61,936 nt of DNA from Ignavibacteriota bacterium (GCA_003162635.1 PMNE01000030.1:23920-85855), one strand, 5' to 3'. Shown: positions 27,586 through 37,377, numbered from the stretch's first letter. Notes: generated by a model not told the origin, from the letters alone. Numbers and translations: made by a program.

Positions 27586-29841
27586 TCACCGTTCCACAAC
27601 CTCAAATGTTGTCTGCTCTCCACCCACTGAGCTCGGGCCCACCCAGAGGATGAAGGACCCCGGTTCGACCTTCTTCTTCATGTCCAGACCGGTAAATGCA
27701 AAGGAAGCAACCGGCACCGAGAACGGCACAATCGCCGACGCTCCCGGGGCGAGGTGGACTCGCTGGAAGCCCTTGAGTTCCTTGACGGGTCGTGTGACGC
27801 TTCCTGCCAGATCGCGGACATACAGTTGCACAATCTCGTCTCCCTCCCGCTGCCCGGTGTTGGTCAATGTCATGTTCGCTCTCAGGGTGTCAGCCGTCCC
27901 GAGCGACTGTCTTTCCAGGGTGAGATCGGAGTAGGAGAAGGTCGTGTAGCTCAGACCGTATCCGAACGGGTACAACGGCGATGAAGGGAGGTCGATATAG
28001 CGCGAGCTGAAGTGTTCATTGCTCGTGTCGGGACGGCCTGTGTTCTTGTGTCCGTAGTAGATCGGCACCTGACCGACTGTTCGAGGGAAGGAAACGGGCA
28101 GTTTGCCGGACGGTGCAACCGCGCCAAACAGCACATCGCCGATTGCGTTGCCGGTCTGGAGGCCGAGGAACCATGTCTCCAGGATTGCCGGCACATGTTC
28201 CGCCTCCCAGGGTATTGCGAGGGGACGTCCGTTCATAAGAACGAGGATCACGGGCTTGCCCGTGCCCATGATCACATGGACAAGGTCTTCCTGCCGTCCA
28301 GGAAGATCGAGCGTGGAGCGGCTTCCCGCCTCGCCGCTCATGTCCATGGATTCGCCGACAGCAAGCACAATCACATCGGCGCACCGCGCCGCGGACACCG
28401 CTTCGCCGAAACCAGCCGTATCGGTTCCGGAGATCGTGCACCCCCTGGCTGTGAGGACGCTCGCCGAATTCCCCACGGCGTTGCGGACCCCGTCGAGAAG
28501 GCTGACAACATTCTTTGCTTCACCGAGCCCTTTCCATGGCCCAAGCGGATCATGCCGGTTGTCCGCCAGCGGCCCGATCACGGCGATGGTCTTTGTATCC
28601 CGCCGCAGCGGCAGGAGATCACTTTGATTCTTCAGGAGGACGATGGATTCGCGGGCCATTTCCCGCGCAGCGGCGATATGCGAGGGAGTGAGCATCTCGC
28701 TTTTTTCTGTTTCCGGATTGCAGGAACGATACGGGTCATCAAAGAGGCCGAGTCGGAATTTTATTCGCAGAATCCGCCGGACGGCTGTGTCAAGAATCTT
28801 TGCGGAGACTTTTCCGTTCTTCACCAGAGCGGGAAGGTTGTCCCGGTAGACATCCGAAGCCATATCCATGTCCAGACCGGCTTCCAGCGACTTTTGCGCG
28901 GCCTCCGCTCTCGTCGCCGCAATGCCGTGGTTCAGAAGCTCGCCGATGGAATTCCAGTCGCTCACGACAAACCCGTCGAATTTCCACTCATTGCGGAGAA
29001 TGTCGGTGAGGAGATGCTTGTTGGCGCTGCTAGGAACACCGTCGATCTCATTGAACGATGCCATCAGTGTGCCGGCGCCTGCATCCACCGCCGCCTTGAA
29101 CGGAACGAGGTACACATCGCGAAGCGTCCGTTCGGAAATTTCCGCGGTGTTATAATCACGTCCCCCCTCCGCCGCGCCGTACGCGGCGAAGTGTTTCGCG
29201 CATGCGAGGATCGTCGTGGGATCGGAGAGATCACGGCCCTGGTATCCGCGCACTTGGGCCGTTGCCATCGCAGCCCCCAGGAACGGGTCTTCACCCGCCC
29301 CCTCCGCGATCCGTCCCCATCGCGGGTCGCGCGCGATATCGACCATCGGACCGAACGTCCAATGCACGCCTGCCGCTGACGCTTCGCGTGCAGCGACACG
29401 CGTCGATCGCTCCACAGCCGCCGGATCCCAGCTTGCCGCCTGCGCCAGGGGAATGGGAAACGTCGTGCGGAAACCGTGGATCACGTCAAGACCGAAGAGC
29501 AGGGGGATCCGCGCGTGCGATTCTTCGACGGCGATCCGTTGCAACTCACGCGTGATCCCGGTGCCGAAGGCGTTCAAGAATGAACCCACTCTCCCTTGGC
29601 GTATGAGCGCCCGCTCCTCAAGTGTGATGCCGCGATTCACCACTGTATCCGACCATCTTCCGGAGTATTGGAGAAGCTGGCCGATTTTTTCCTCCGGGGT
29701 GAGCCGGGCGAGGATGGAGTCGATGGCACGTTCCACCCGGTCGTTGCGGGCCTCACGTGCGGGACCAGCTGCACATAACGGCCGGTGGGGGGCGGTGACA
29801 GCAAGAAAGCCGGCGAAGAGGAATAACGATGTCTTTTTCAC
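27586..29841 (-). CDS. Periplasmic/secreted GH3 beta-glucosidase (BglX-like)
   Basis: GTG start. Signal peptide MKKTSLFLFAGFLAVTA. Motifs KHFAAYGAAEGGRDYN and VSDWNS. Confidence 0.88.
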   Translation of the reverse strand: MKKTSLFLFAGFLAVTAPHRPLCAAGPAREARNDRVERAIDSILARLTPEEKIGQLLQYSGRWSDTVVNRGITLEERALIRQGRVGSFLNAFGTGITRELQRIAVEESHARIPLLFGLDVIHGFRTTFPIPLAQAASWDPAAVERSTRVAAREASAAGVHWTFGPMVDIARDPRWGRIAEGAGEDPFLGAAMATAQVRGYQGRDLSDPTTILACAKHFAAYGAAEGGRDYNTAEISERTLRDVYLVPFKAAVDAGAGTLMASFNEIDGVPSSANKHLLTDILRNEWKFDGFVVSDWNSIGELLNHGIAATRAEAAQKSLEAGLDMDMASDVYRDNLPALVKNGKVSAKILDTAVRRILRIKFRLGLFDDPYRSCNPETEKSEMLTPSHIAAAREMARESIVLLKNQSDLLPLRRDTKTIAVIGPLADNRHDPLGPWKGLGEAKNVVSLLDGVRNAVGNSASVLTARGCTISGTDTAGFGEAVSAARCADVIVLAVGESMDMSGEAGSRSTLDLPGRQEDLVHVIMGTGKPVILVLMNGRPLAIPWEAEHVPAILETWFLGLQTGNAIGDVLFGAVAPSGKLPVSFPRTVGQVPIYYGHKNTGRPDTSNEHFSSRYIDLPSSPLYPFGYGLSYTTFSYSDLTLERQSLGTADTLRANMTLTNTGQREGDEIVQLYVRDLAGSVTRPVKELKGFQRVHLAPGASAIVPFSVPVASFAFTGLDMKKKVEPGSFILWVGPSSVGGEQTTFEVVER

Positions 29842-29855
29842 GGTGAGAATTTACG

Positions 29856-31247
29856 TTACACTGTTCTGGAAAACACCGGCTTGTCCTTCGTCATGGAATC
29901 GAGATACGCATCGAAGCACATGGCAATATTCCTCAGCAGGAGGCGTCCGGCCCCCACGATGGCGATCTTTCCCGGCGTGCGGATCACCAACCCCTCCTCC
30001 TCGAATTCCTCCACCAACTTCAGCGACGAAGCAAAGTACCTTGCGAAGTCAATCGCGAACCTCTTCTCCACCGCCCGGGTATCCAGATCGAGGTCGCACA
30101 TCAAACGCATGATCACAAACTTTCTTATCTGATCATCGTCGGTCATCCGGTAGCCCACGTGGGTCGCAAAATCCCCCCCGTCGATGGCCTTATAGTATTC
30201 CGGAATGTTCTTCGTGTTCTGGGCGTAGATCGACTGGAAGTGGCTGATCGCCGACATGCCAAAACCGTAGAGGTCGGCCCCTGACTTCGTTGAGTATCCC
30301 TGGAAGTTTCGATACAGGGTCTTCTCCTTCTGCGCCCGGGCCAGCTCGTCCTGGGGACGGGCAAAATGGTCCATCCCGATATACTCGTATCCTTCCGACG
30401 AGAGCACCTCGATCGTCATTTTCAGGATGTCAAGTTTCTGCTCCGGTGTCGGCAGATCCTCCGGATGGATAAGCTTCTGATGCGGTTTCAGCCATGGCAC
30501 ATGAGCGTAGTTGAAGACCGCGATCCGGTCCGGCGCAAAGCGGACGACAGTGCGTATCGTCTTCTCAAAGGACGTCTTGGTCTGGTAGGGGAGGCCGTAG
30601 ATCAAATCGATGTTGACGCTCATAAACCCGGCATCGCGCGCCCAATCGTACACCTGGCGCGACATCGCTTCCGGTTGGATGCGGTTCACCGCCTCCTGCA
30701 CGCGGGGATCGAAATCCTGCACCCCCATGCTCATGCGGTTGAATCCCGCATCCCGCAGCGCCAGCAGGTCATCACGCAGGAGCTCACGCGGATCGAGTTC
30801 GACGCTCATTTCCGCCGATGGATCAAGACGGAAAGAGGTCCGGATGATCTCCCCCATCTCTCTGATCTCCTCCGGCAGGAGATGCGTCGGCGTGCCGCCT
30901 CCCCAATGGACCTGCACCACTCTCCGGTCCTCCGCCAGCATCGGAGCCACCAGCGCGATTTCCTTCTTCAGAAAATGGTTGTACTCTTCGATTCGCTTCC
31001 GGTCGCGGGAAACGACCATTGTGCAGCCGCAGAAATAGCAGAGCGTGTCGCAGAAAGGAAAATGAAAATAAAGGGAGATATCCCCTGAAGATCCCGGCCC
31101 GTTTGTGTCGACGATCTCCCGGCGGAAATCTCTGTTCGTAAAAGAATTACTGAAAAGCGGTGCGGTGGGATAACTCGTGTATCGCGGCCCGGGCCGGTCG
31201 TATTTCTTGAGCAACCGGAGGTCAACCTGCGAGAACGGACTTCCCAT
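29856..31247 (-). CDS. hemN: Oxygen-independent coproporphyrinogen III oxidase (radical SAM)
   Basis: YDRPGPRYTSYPTAP N-terminus and radical-SAM motif CDTLCYFCGC. ATG at 31247 follows AGGAG. Confidence 0.9.
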   Translation of the reverse strand: MGSPFSQVDLRLLKKYDRPGPRYTSYPTAPLFSNSFTNRDFRREIVDTNGPGSSGDISLYFHFPFCDTLCYFCGCTMVVSRDRKRIEEYNHFLKKEIALVAPMLAEDRRVVQVHWGGGTPTHLLPEEIREMGEIIRTSFRLDPSAEMSVELDPRELLRDDLLALRDAGFNRMSMGVQDFDPRVQEAVNRIQPEAMSRQVYDWARDAGFMSVNIDLIYGLPYQTKTSFEKTIRTVVRFAPDRIAVFNYAHVPWLKPHQKLIHPEDLPTPEQKLDILKMTIEVLSSEGYEYIGMDHFARPQDELARAQKEKTLYRNFQGYSTKSGADLYGFGMSAISHFQSIYAQNTKNIPEYYKAIDGGDFATHVGYRMTDDDQIRKFVIMRLMCDLDLDTRAVEKRFAIDFARYFASSLKLVEEFEEEGLVIRTPGKIAIVGAGRLLLRNIAMCFDAYLDSMTKDKPVFSRTV

Positions 31248-31411
31248 GAACACTCCTGCCTGTCAAACAGCAAAGAACGTGGATACTTTCTCAGGATACG
31301 CAATTACCCCTGGAAACTCAAGTGGCCGGCATTGGGGGGAGGACGCCCGAATTTCGCTCTCATCCTCCTGTTTGCAGGTTGTTCGGCATGATGGAACCGT
31401 CCGCCCCGGCT

Positions 31412-31873
31412 TCATTCGATGACCAGCGTCGGATTGACTTCCACGATCGAAGCGATCGAATTCGCCACGAGGCAGTGTTTCTCCGCCTCGCGCAATGCCG
31501 CATGGACCTCCGCCTCGGGAACAGAGCGCGATACAACGATCGTCGGAAATATGACCACACGCGTAAAACGATAGTCGCCGTCGATATACTCAAGGACGCC
31601 ATTGGCATGGCTCTTATACGAGACGATGAGCAGTTGCTTCCTCGACGCGAATGAGAGGAACGTCGCCATGTGGCACGTTTCGACCGACGCGACGAAAAGA
31701 TCTTCAGGAGTCCAATAACCGGCCTCCCCCCGGAACTCGGGGGGGCTGGAAACCTTCAACGATGGCTTCACGTCCGACGAGAGCGTCCCTGATTTCCCCC
31801 CTGTCCACTCAACCGTGGTCTTGTAGGTGAAACTCTTGTGTTTCGTCTTCCCCTGATCGGCGGCATCCGTCAT
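31412..31873 (-). CDS. OsmC/Ohr-family peroxiredoxin-like protein
   Basis: OsmC-like size and two conserved Cys contexts (ETCHMATF, EKHCLVANS). Confidence 0.75.
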   Translation of the reverse strand: MTDAADQGKTKHKSFTYKTTVEWTGGKSGTLSSDVKPSLKVSSPPEFRGEAGYWTPEDLFVASVETCHMATFLSFASRKQLLIVSYKSHANGVLEYIDGDYRFTRVVIFPTIVVSRSVPEAEVHAALREAEKHCLVANSIASIVEVNPTLVIE

Positions 31874-31916
31874 GATCGTTCCAGTCGTCTGGTGAATGAA
31901 CCTGCTCCCCGTGCCG

Positions 31917-32420
31917 TCATGGCGCGCGGTGGGTGGATGCGAGCAGCCGCTGGCGCGTGTAGGGAATGAGACCTCCTGCGTCGATGATGGCCTGTCTCGC
32001 CCGCGGGAGCTGCAGAATGGGAAACGACACCCCCGAGGATTTGTTCACGACAGTTTCCTTTGCCAGCTCGATCTCTTCCCCCTCCGATGCAGCAAAGCCC
32101 GGGCATATCACCAGATGGAGGCCGAGGTTGATCGAGTTTTGAAGGAAGATGCGCGCAAAATCCTCCGCAATAATTGTCAGCCCGTGGCCGCAAAGGGCCG
32201 ACGCCGCCTGCTCGCGCGACGAACCGCAACCGAAGTTCTTCCCCGCGGCAACAATGCTCCCTGCCGGGATTTCTTTCGCTTTCAGCTTTGCGTTGAACTG
32301 CGTCATGTCAGCAAATGCAAATTGGGGCGTCTCCGACGGGAGGACCGTGGCCATATACCTGCCCGGATAGATCACGTCGGTGGAAATGTCATCGCCAAGT
32401 TTCAGCACGATTGTTGCCAT
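31917..32420 (-). CDS. Aconitase-superfamily small subunit (LeuD/HacB type)
   Basis: GDDISTDVIYPGRY and GKNFGCGSSREQA motifs. The ATG overlaps the large-subunit stop by 1 nt (TAATG). Confidence 0.85.
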   Translation of the reverse strand: MATIVLKLGDDISTDVIYPGRYMATVLPSETPQFAFADMTQFNAKLKAKEIPAGSIVAAGKNFGCGSSREQAASALCGHGLTIIAEDFARIFLQNSINLGLHLVICPGFAASEGEEIELAKETVVNKSSGVSFPILQLPRARQAIIDAGGLIPYTRQRLLASTHRAP

Positions 32421-33715
32421 TATTCTCCCGTCCCTTTCCGTGGATCCGTGATCTCGCCCGTCAACGCCGATGCCGCAGCCACGGCGGGAGAGCAGAGATA
32501 GACTTCTGATTGAGGATTCCCCATTCGTCCCTTGAAATTCCTGTTCGTCGTGGAGAGTGCCGTCTCGTTGTCGCCCAGCGCTCCCTCATGGATGCCAAGG
32601 CAAGGACCGCACCCCGGGTTCATGACCACCGCTCCCGCAGCCATAAAGTCGGCAATCAAGCCCTCAGCGAGGGCTTTCTGATAGATTCTTCCCGACGCAG
32701 GGAAGACCAGCATGCGGGTTCCCCCGGCGACTTTCTTTCCCCGGACGATCCCGGCTGCAATTTCGAGATCGTCGAGGCGTCCGTTCGTACATGAGCCGAT
32801 CACGACCTGGTGCACCTTCGTTCCGGCAACCTGGCCGACGGGCTTGACATTGTCGACCGTGTGCGGGCAGGCGATCTGGGGTTCAAGCGATGAGACATCG
32901 ATATCCACCACGCGCACATAGTGAGCATCGCTGTCAGCCGTTACGGGAACAAGTTTTTCCTTCACTCCGGCCTCATCTCTCAGGTACCGGAGGGTCTCCT
33001 CGTCGGCGGGAACGATCCCCGATGTCGCCCCGGCCTCGACGGACATATTGCAGAGGACAAGCCGTCCGGAGGTCGACATTCTTGTGATCGTTTCGCCATA
33101 GAACTCGATGACCTTGAAATTCGCCCCCTGCGCACTGATCACGCCGATGAGATGCAGGATCAGATCCTTGGGTCCGACAAATCGGGGAAACCGGCCGGTG
33201 ACGTTGACTCTGATTGTCTCGGGAACCTCCACATTGACGGCAATACCCAGCGTCCACACGCTCGCCATTTCCGTTGCACCGATCCCGAAGGCAAATGCCC
33301 CCAGTGCACCATGACTTGTCGTGTGGGAATCGGTCCCGACCACGACAAAGCCGGGACGCACGTATCCGTTCTCCGGCAGGATCTGGTGACAAATGCCGCC
33401 GACGTCACCCCGGATATCATGAAACTTTGTGATCGCATGGCGTGCGACGAATGCACGGATCTTCTTCTGGTTGCTCGCTGTCTTCGGGGATTCCGCCGGC
33501 ACCCTGTGATCAAAAATGATTGCGATCTTGGACGGATCCCAGGGGACCGGTTCCCTCCCGGTGTCTTTGAAGACCTCCAGGAACTGGTTGATCACCAGCG
33601 CACCGTTCTCATGCGACATGGCGAGGTCAACGCGCGGCTCCACGACGTCACCCGCCTTGACTGTATCGCGGCCGGCGGCGCGTGCGAGTATTTTTTCAAC
33701 AATTGTCATTCCCAT
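32420..33715 (-). CDS. Aconitase-superfamily large subunit (LeuC/HacA type)
   Basis: Motifs VGTDSHT, GSCTNGR, CGPCLG and NRNFKGRMG. Start re-called at MGMTIVEKILARA. Confidence 0.85.
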   Translation of the reverse strand: MGMTIVEKILARAAGRDTVKAGDVVEPRVDLAMSHENGALVINQFLEVFKDTGREPVPWDPSKIAIIFDHRVPAESPKTASNQKKIRAFVARHAITKFHDIRGDVGGICHQILPENGYVRPGFVVVGTDSHTTSHGALGAFAFGIGATEMASVWTLGIAVNVEVPETIRVNVTGRFPRFVGPKDLILHLIGVISAQGANFKVIEFYGETITRMSTSGRLVLCNMSVEAGATSGIVPADEETLRYLRDEAGVKEKLVPVTADSDAHYVRVVDIDVSSLEPQIACPHTVDNVKPVGQVAGTKVHQVVIGSCTNGRLDDLEIAAGIVRGKKVAGGTRMLVFPASGRIYQKALAEGLIADFMAAGAVVMNPGCGPCLGIHEGALGDNETALSTTNRNFKGRMGNPQSEVYLCSPAVAAASALTGEITDPRKGTGE

Positions 33716-33737
33716 AGTCGCAGTTCTTTCCGATGCC

Positions 33738-34931
33738 TTAAATGATCCTGTCGCTCCTGAGCGTTGCGATCTCCTCGTCACCGTACCCGAGCTCCCGCAG
33801 CAGCACACCTGTGTGCTGGCCGAGAGTCGGGGGAGGCGACGTGACCTCTCCCGGCGTCCTGGAGAACTTTGCGGTCAGATTGAAAAGAGGCAACTCTCCG
33901 ATTCCCTCCACCGCAACAGTGTTAAATGTCTTCCTGTGTCGTATCTGCTCCTGCGAGACGGCGGCATCCAGCGTGAGGATGGCCCCGGCGGGAACATCAT
34001 GGGCGTTGAGTTCTTCCACCCAGAAAGCCGTCTCTCTTCCCATCAACTTTTCCTCCAGAAGAGGCGTCAGGATCTTCCTGTTCTTCTTCCGGGTGTCGCG
34101 CTCATGAAAACGGGGGTCGGATTTCAACAGCGGGAGATCGAGAACGTCGGCCACCGACTCCCATTGCTCCTGTTTGTTCGCGGCGATATTGATGAACCCA
34201 TCCTTCGTGCGGAAGACACCGGACGGCGCGGCGGTGAAGTTATCGTTCCCCATGAGCACCGGCGGCTGCTTGCCGATCATCAGGTTGGCGACGACCCAGC
34301 CCATCAGGGGCATAATGGAATCGAGCAGCGCAACGTCGATGAATTGCCCTTCTCCCGTCCTCTCGCGATGGTACACCGCCGCCATCATTGCAAAAGCGGC
34401 ATTCAGCCCGCCGACCGTGTCGCATACCGGAAAACCCGCCCGGAGCGGATGCAGCCGCTCGTCGCCATTGATTGCCATCTCCCCGCTCAACCCCTGGATG
34501 ATCTGATCGTATGCCGGTTTCAAGGCATCAGGACCCGTCTGGCCGAAACCGGAAATCGCGCAGTAGACGAGGCGGGGGTTGATGACCTTCAAGTCGTCGT
34601 ACCCGAGTCCCAACCGCTTCATAACATCCGGACGGAAGTTTTCCACGACGACGTCGGCCGTTGCTGCAAGCTTGCGGAAGATCTCCTTCCCGGCCGGCGA
34701 TTTCAGATTAAGGGTTATCGATTTCTTGTTGGCGTTCTGCGCAAGGAAGCTCGTCCCCATCAACATCTGGTTGTACTTCGGTACGCTCCCGAGCTTGCGG
34801 GCCAGATCACCGTCTGCCGGATTTTCGATCTTGATCACTTCCGCGCCCAGGAGCGCAAGATGGAGCGTGGCAAAAGGCCCCGAAAGGACATTGGTCAGAT
34901 CGAGGACACGGACACCTGAGAGGATGTTCAT
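33738..34931 (-). CDS. Family III CoA-transferase (CaiB/BaiF type)
   Basis: N-terminus LSGVRVLDLTNVLSGPFATLHLALLGAEVIKIE and overall length typical of the family. Confidence 0.85.
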   Translation of the reverse strand: MNILSGVRVLDLTNVLSGPFATLHLALLGAEVIKIENPADGDLARKLGSVPKYNQMLMGTSFLAQNANKKSITLNLKSPAGKEIFRKLAATADVVVENFRPDVMKRLGLGYDDLKVINPRLVYCAISGFGQTGPDALKPAYDQIIQGLSGEMAINGDERLHPLRAGFPVCDTVGGLNAAFAMMAAVYHRERTGEGQFIDVALLDSIMPLMGWVVANLMIGKQPPVLMGNDNFTAAPSGVFRTKDGFINIAANKQEQWESVADVLDLPLLKSDPRFHERDTRKKNRKILTPLLEEKLMGRETAFWVEELNAHDVPAGAILTLDAAVSQEQIRHRKTFNTVAVEGIGELPLFNLTAKFSRTPGEVTSPPPTLGQHTGVLLRELGYGDEEIATLRSDRII

Positions 34932-34953
34932 TGCATGATCCTGAAGATGAACG

Positions 34954-35892
34954 TCAAGACCGCACGGAGGGCAGCGTGTTCACGGCCCCCCGGGGAATTT
35001 CTCCGACTTTGTACACGCTGCCGGGAAGGTCGCGGCCGAAAAAAGTACTGATATCGGCCGCAAGTGCCGTCAGCCGGTCGAGATGCACATCCTCCCTCAG
35101 CCCGGAGTGCTGAAGCATGTGGACGAAGTCCTCGGTACAGACATTCCCTCCGGCAACTTTCGTAAACGGACATCCCCCAAGACCGGCCACGGACGATTCG
35201 AACGACGTCACCCCCGACCGCATCGCCGCGCAGGTATTGGCAAGTCCGAGACCGTATGTGTTGTGAAAATGGCATGCGAGTTCGCCGCCGCCGGCAACGG
35301 CCGCCACCTCCGCGAAGAGCCTCTCCACCTGATCGGGGACGGCGTGACCTGCCGTGTCCGCCAGACTGATGGCTGCGAAACCAGCGTCGTGGTATCGCCG
35401 CACGATTGCGAGCACCCGTTCGGGCGGCACCGGGCCTTCGAAGCCGCACCCGAACGCCGATTGAACGGAAACCTGAACCTTCAATCCTGCATCGCGCGCC
35501 TTTTGCGCCGTCGCAAGAATACGCCGGGTTGCATCGGCAACGGACATCCCGGTATTCTTCATGCTGTGTGTTTCGCTGGCGGACACCCCGACACAGATCA
35601 TCCCGCAACCGGAGGCCAGGGCGCGTTCCAATCCTCTTTCGTTCAGGACGAGCCCGGAGAGCGTCACCTCCGCCGGAACTTCCCGGGACGCACGCAACGC
35701 CTGGAAGAGCTCGTCCGTATCAGCCATCTGCGGCACTTTCGTCGGATGGACGAACGAACCGATCTGAAGGATATCGATCCCGGTTCCCATCAAACGCCGT
35801 ATCCACTGGAGCTTGAGGTCGGTTGGGACGGTCTCATGTTCCATCTGCAGGCCGTCGCGCAGACCGACCTCATGCAGAATGACTCTTGTCAT
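34954..35892 (-). CDS. HMG-CoA-lyase-family (HMGL-like) acyl-CoA lyase
   Basis: EVGLRDGLQ and GSFVHPTKVPQMADT motifs typical of HMG-CoA lyases rather than 2-isopropylmalate/homocitrate synthases. ATG at 35892 follows AAGGTG. Confidence 0.8.
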   Translation of the reverse strand: MTRVILHEVGLRDGLQMEHETVPTDLKLQWIRRLMGTGIDILQIGSFVHPTKVPQMADTDELFQALRASREVPAEVTLSGLVLNERGLERALASGCGMICVGVSASETHSMKNTGMSVADATRRILATAQKARDAGLKVQVSVQSAFGCGFEGPVPPERVLAIVRRYHDAGFAAISLADTAGHAVPDQVERLFAEVAAVAGGGELACHFHNTYGLGLANTCAAMRSGVTSFESSVAGLGGCPFTKVAGGNVCTEDFVHMLQHSGLREDVHLDRLTALAADISTFFGRDLPGSVYKVGEIPRGAVNTLPSVRS

Positions 35893-35930
35893 CACCACAC
35901 CTTTCGAGTACGCCACTCCAAAACGAAGGT

Positions 35931-37049
35931 CTACAGACGCTCCGCGATCGCGCGTGCCACGTCAAGAGTCTTTGCCGACCCTCCCATGTCATACGTGCAC
36001 ACCTTCCCTTCGCGGATGACGGCAGCCGTTGCCGCCTCAACGCGCAATCCCTTTTCGGTCTCGCCCAGCCAATCGAGCATCATTTTGGCGGCGAGGATCG
36101 TCGCAATCGGATTCACTTTGTACAGCCCCGCGTACTTCGGCGCGGAACCGTGCGAGGGTTCGAAGACGGCGAGCGATGTCCCGATATTACCGGAGCATCC
36201 GAAGCCGAGTCCACCCACCATCTGGGCGGCAAGGTCGGAAATAATGTCGCCATAGAGATTGGGGGCGACGAGAACGTCGTAGTTTGCCGGGTTCTTCAGC
36301 AGCCACATGCAGATTGCATCGACATTTGCGTCGTCCGTCGCGATGTCGGGATACTCCCTGGCCACCCTCTTCGCCTCTTCAAGGAACATCCCGTCGGTCG
36401 CGCGGACGACATTTGCCTTGTGGACGATCGTGACCTTCCGACGTTTGTGATTCCGGGCGAATTCGAATGCCGCCCGGGCGATTCGTTCCGAACCCTTCAT
36501 GGTGTTCACTTTGCAGGAAATGGCATAATGCTCGTTGGGAAGCCTCGCAAACGGAGCGAACGGCCGCGAGAGCCTCGTCAGCACTTCCGACAGTTCCACG
36601 GGAACGGGGTTGAACTCGACGCCGGCATACAGATCTTCCGTGTTCTCACGGAAGACGACGATGTCGATCCCCTCCTTGAAGTTCAGCGGATTACCGGCAT
36701 ATGCCTTGCACGGCCGGAGGCAGATATAGAGGTCGAACATTTGCCGCATCCGGACGATGGGCGAGCGGTACACCAGTCCTTTCCCTCGCAAGGAGGAATC
36801 AAGTTCCGATTCCGCCGCCTTCACCGGTTTCGAGGTGATGGCCCCAAACATGGCCGCGTTGACCTTGCCGAGCAGGTCGATGGTGCGCGCGGGAAAGGCA
36901 TCCCCTTCCTTGCACCAGAATTCCCATCCAATATCACCGTGAATGTACTCGGCATCGAGCTGGAGCGCGTCAAGAACGATGCGTGCGGCCTCCATCACTT
37001 CGACGCCGATGCCGTCACCCGGCAGCCATGCAATCTTGTATCTGCTCAT
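35931..37049 (-). CDS. Isocitrate/isopropylmalate dehydrogenase-family beta-decarboxylating dehydrogenase
   Basis: IAWLPGDGIGVEV N-terminus and NLYGDIISDLAAQMVGGLG motif. Confidence 0.85.
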   Translation of the reverse strand: MSRYKIAWLPGDGIGVEVMEAARIVLDALQLDAEYIHGDIGWEFWCKEGDAFPARTIDLLGKVNAAMFGAITSKPVKAAESELDSSLRGKGLVYRSPIVRMRQMFDLYICLRPCKAYAGNPLNFKEGIDIVVFRENTEDLYAGVEFNPVPVELSEVLTRLSRPFAPFARLPNEHYAISCKVNTMKGSERIARAAFEFARNHKRRKVTIVHKANVVRATDGMFLEEAKRVAREYPDIATDDANVDAICMWLLKNPANYDVLVAPNLYGDIISDLAAQMVGGLGFGCSGNIGTSLAVFEPSHGSAPKYAGLYKVNPIATILAAKMMLDWLGETEKGLRVEAATAAVIREGKVCTYDMGGSAKTLDVARAIAERL

Positions 37050-37133
37050 GAGGAATGGTCCGTGTTATCTTCTGTGGTGGAAAAAGCATGACAATCCCTT
37101 CCCCGGAGGAAACCGGGGATGCCGCATCATCCG

Positions 37134-37376
37134 TCAATCGGCCATGCCCGCTTCGAGGTCCTGTTGGAGGTGGAGTTCATCCAGCTCCTTGCGGAGAGTA
37201 TCGGCGTGCCCCTGTTCGCTTTCTGAAAGACGGATGAGCACCTGCCGGACATGCGCATTCCCTGCTTTCGTTGCAGCGCGGCGATAATAGTCGCGCACAC
37301 CTTCTTCGTCGGCGATGGCGCGTTCGAGGATGTCCTGTACGGAGAGATCCTCCCACGGTGCGTTGTCGGTTTTCAT
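37134..37376 (-). CDS. Small helical protein (80 aa), paralogue 1
   Basis: ATG at 37376. Sequence DILERAIADEEGVRDYYRRAATKAGNAHVRQVLIRLSESEQGHADTLRKELDEL. Related to the gene immediately upstream. Confidence 0.5.
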   Translation of the reverse strand: MKTDNAPWEDLSVQDILERAIADEEGVRDYYRRAATKAGNAHVRQVLIRLSESEQGHADTLRKELDELHLQQDLEAGMAD

Positions 37377-37377
37377 G

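Noticed and set aside
20952-29379. Plus-strand ORFs inside the GH3/MFS cluster (e.g. 21068-22306, 24367-25512, 26367-27431, 28012-29379)
   Set aside because: All lie opposite motif-supported minus-strand genes, and their products are compositionally biased. They are shadow ORFs.
33516-37091. Long plus-strand ORFs (33516-34919, 35083-36255, 35886-37091)
   Set aside because: They are antisense to the CoA-transferase, HMGL-like and dehydrogenase genes, which carry diagnostic motifs. They have no RBS and no motifs of their own.
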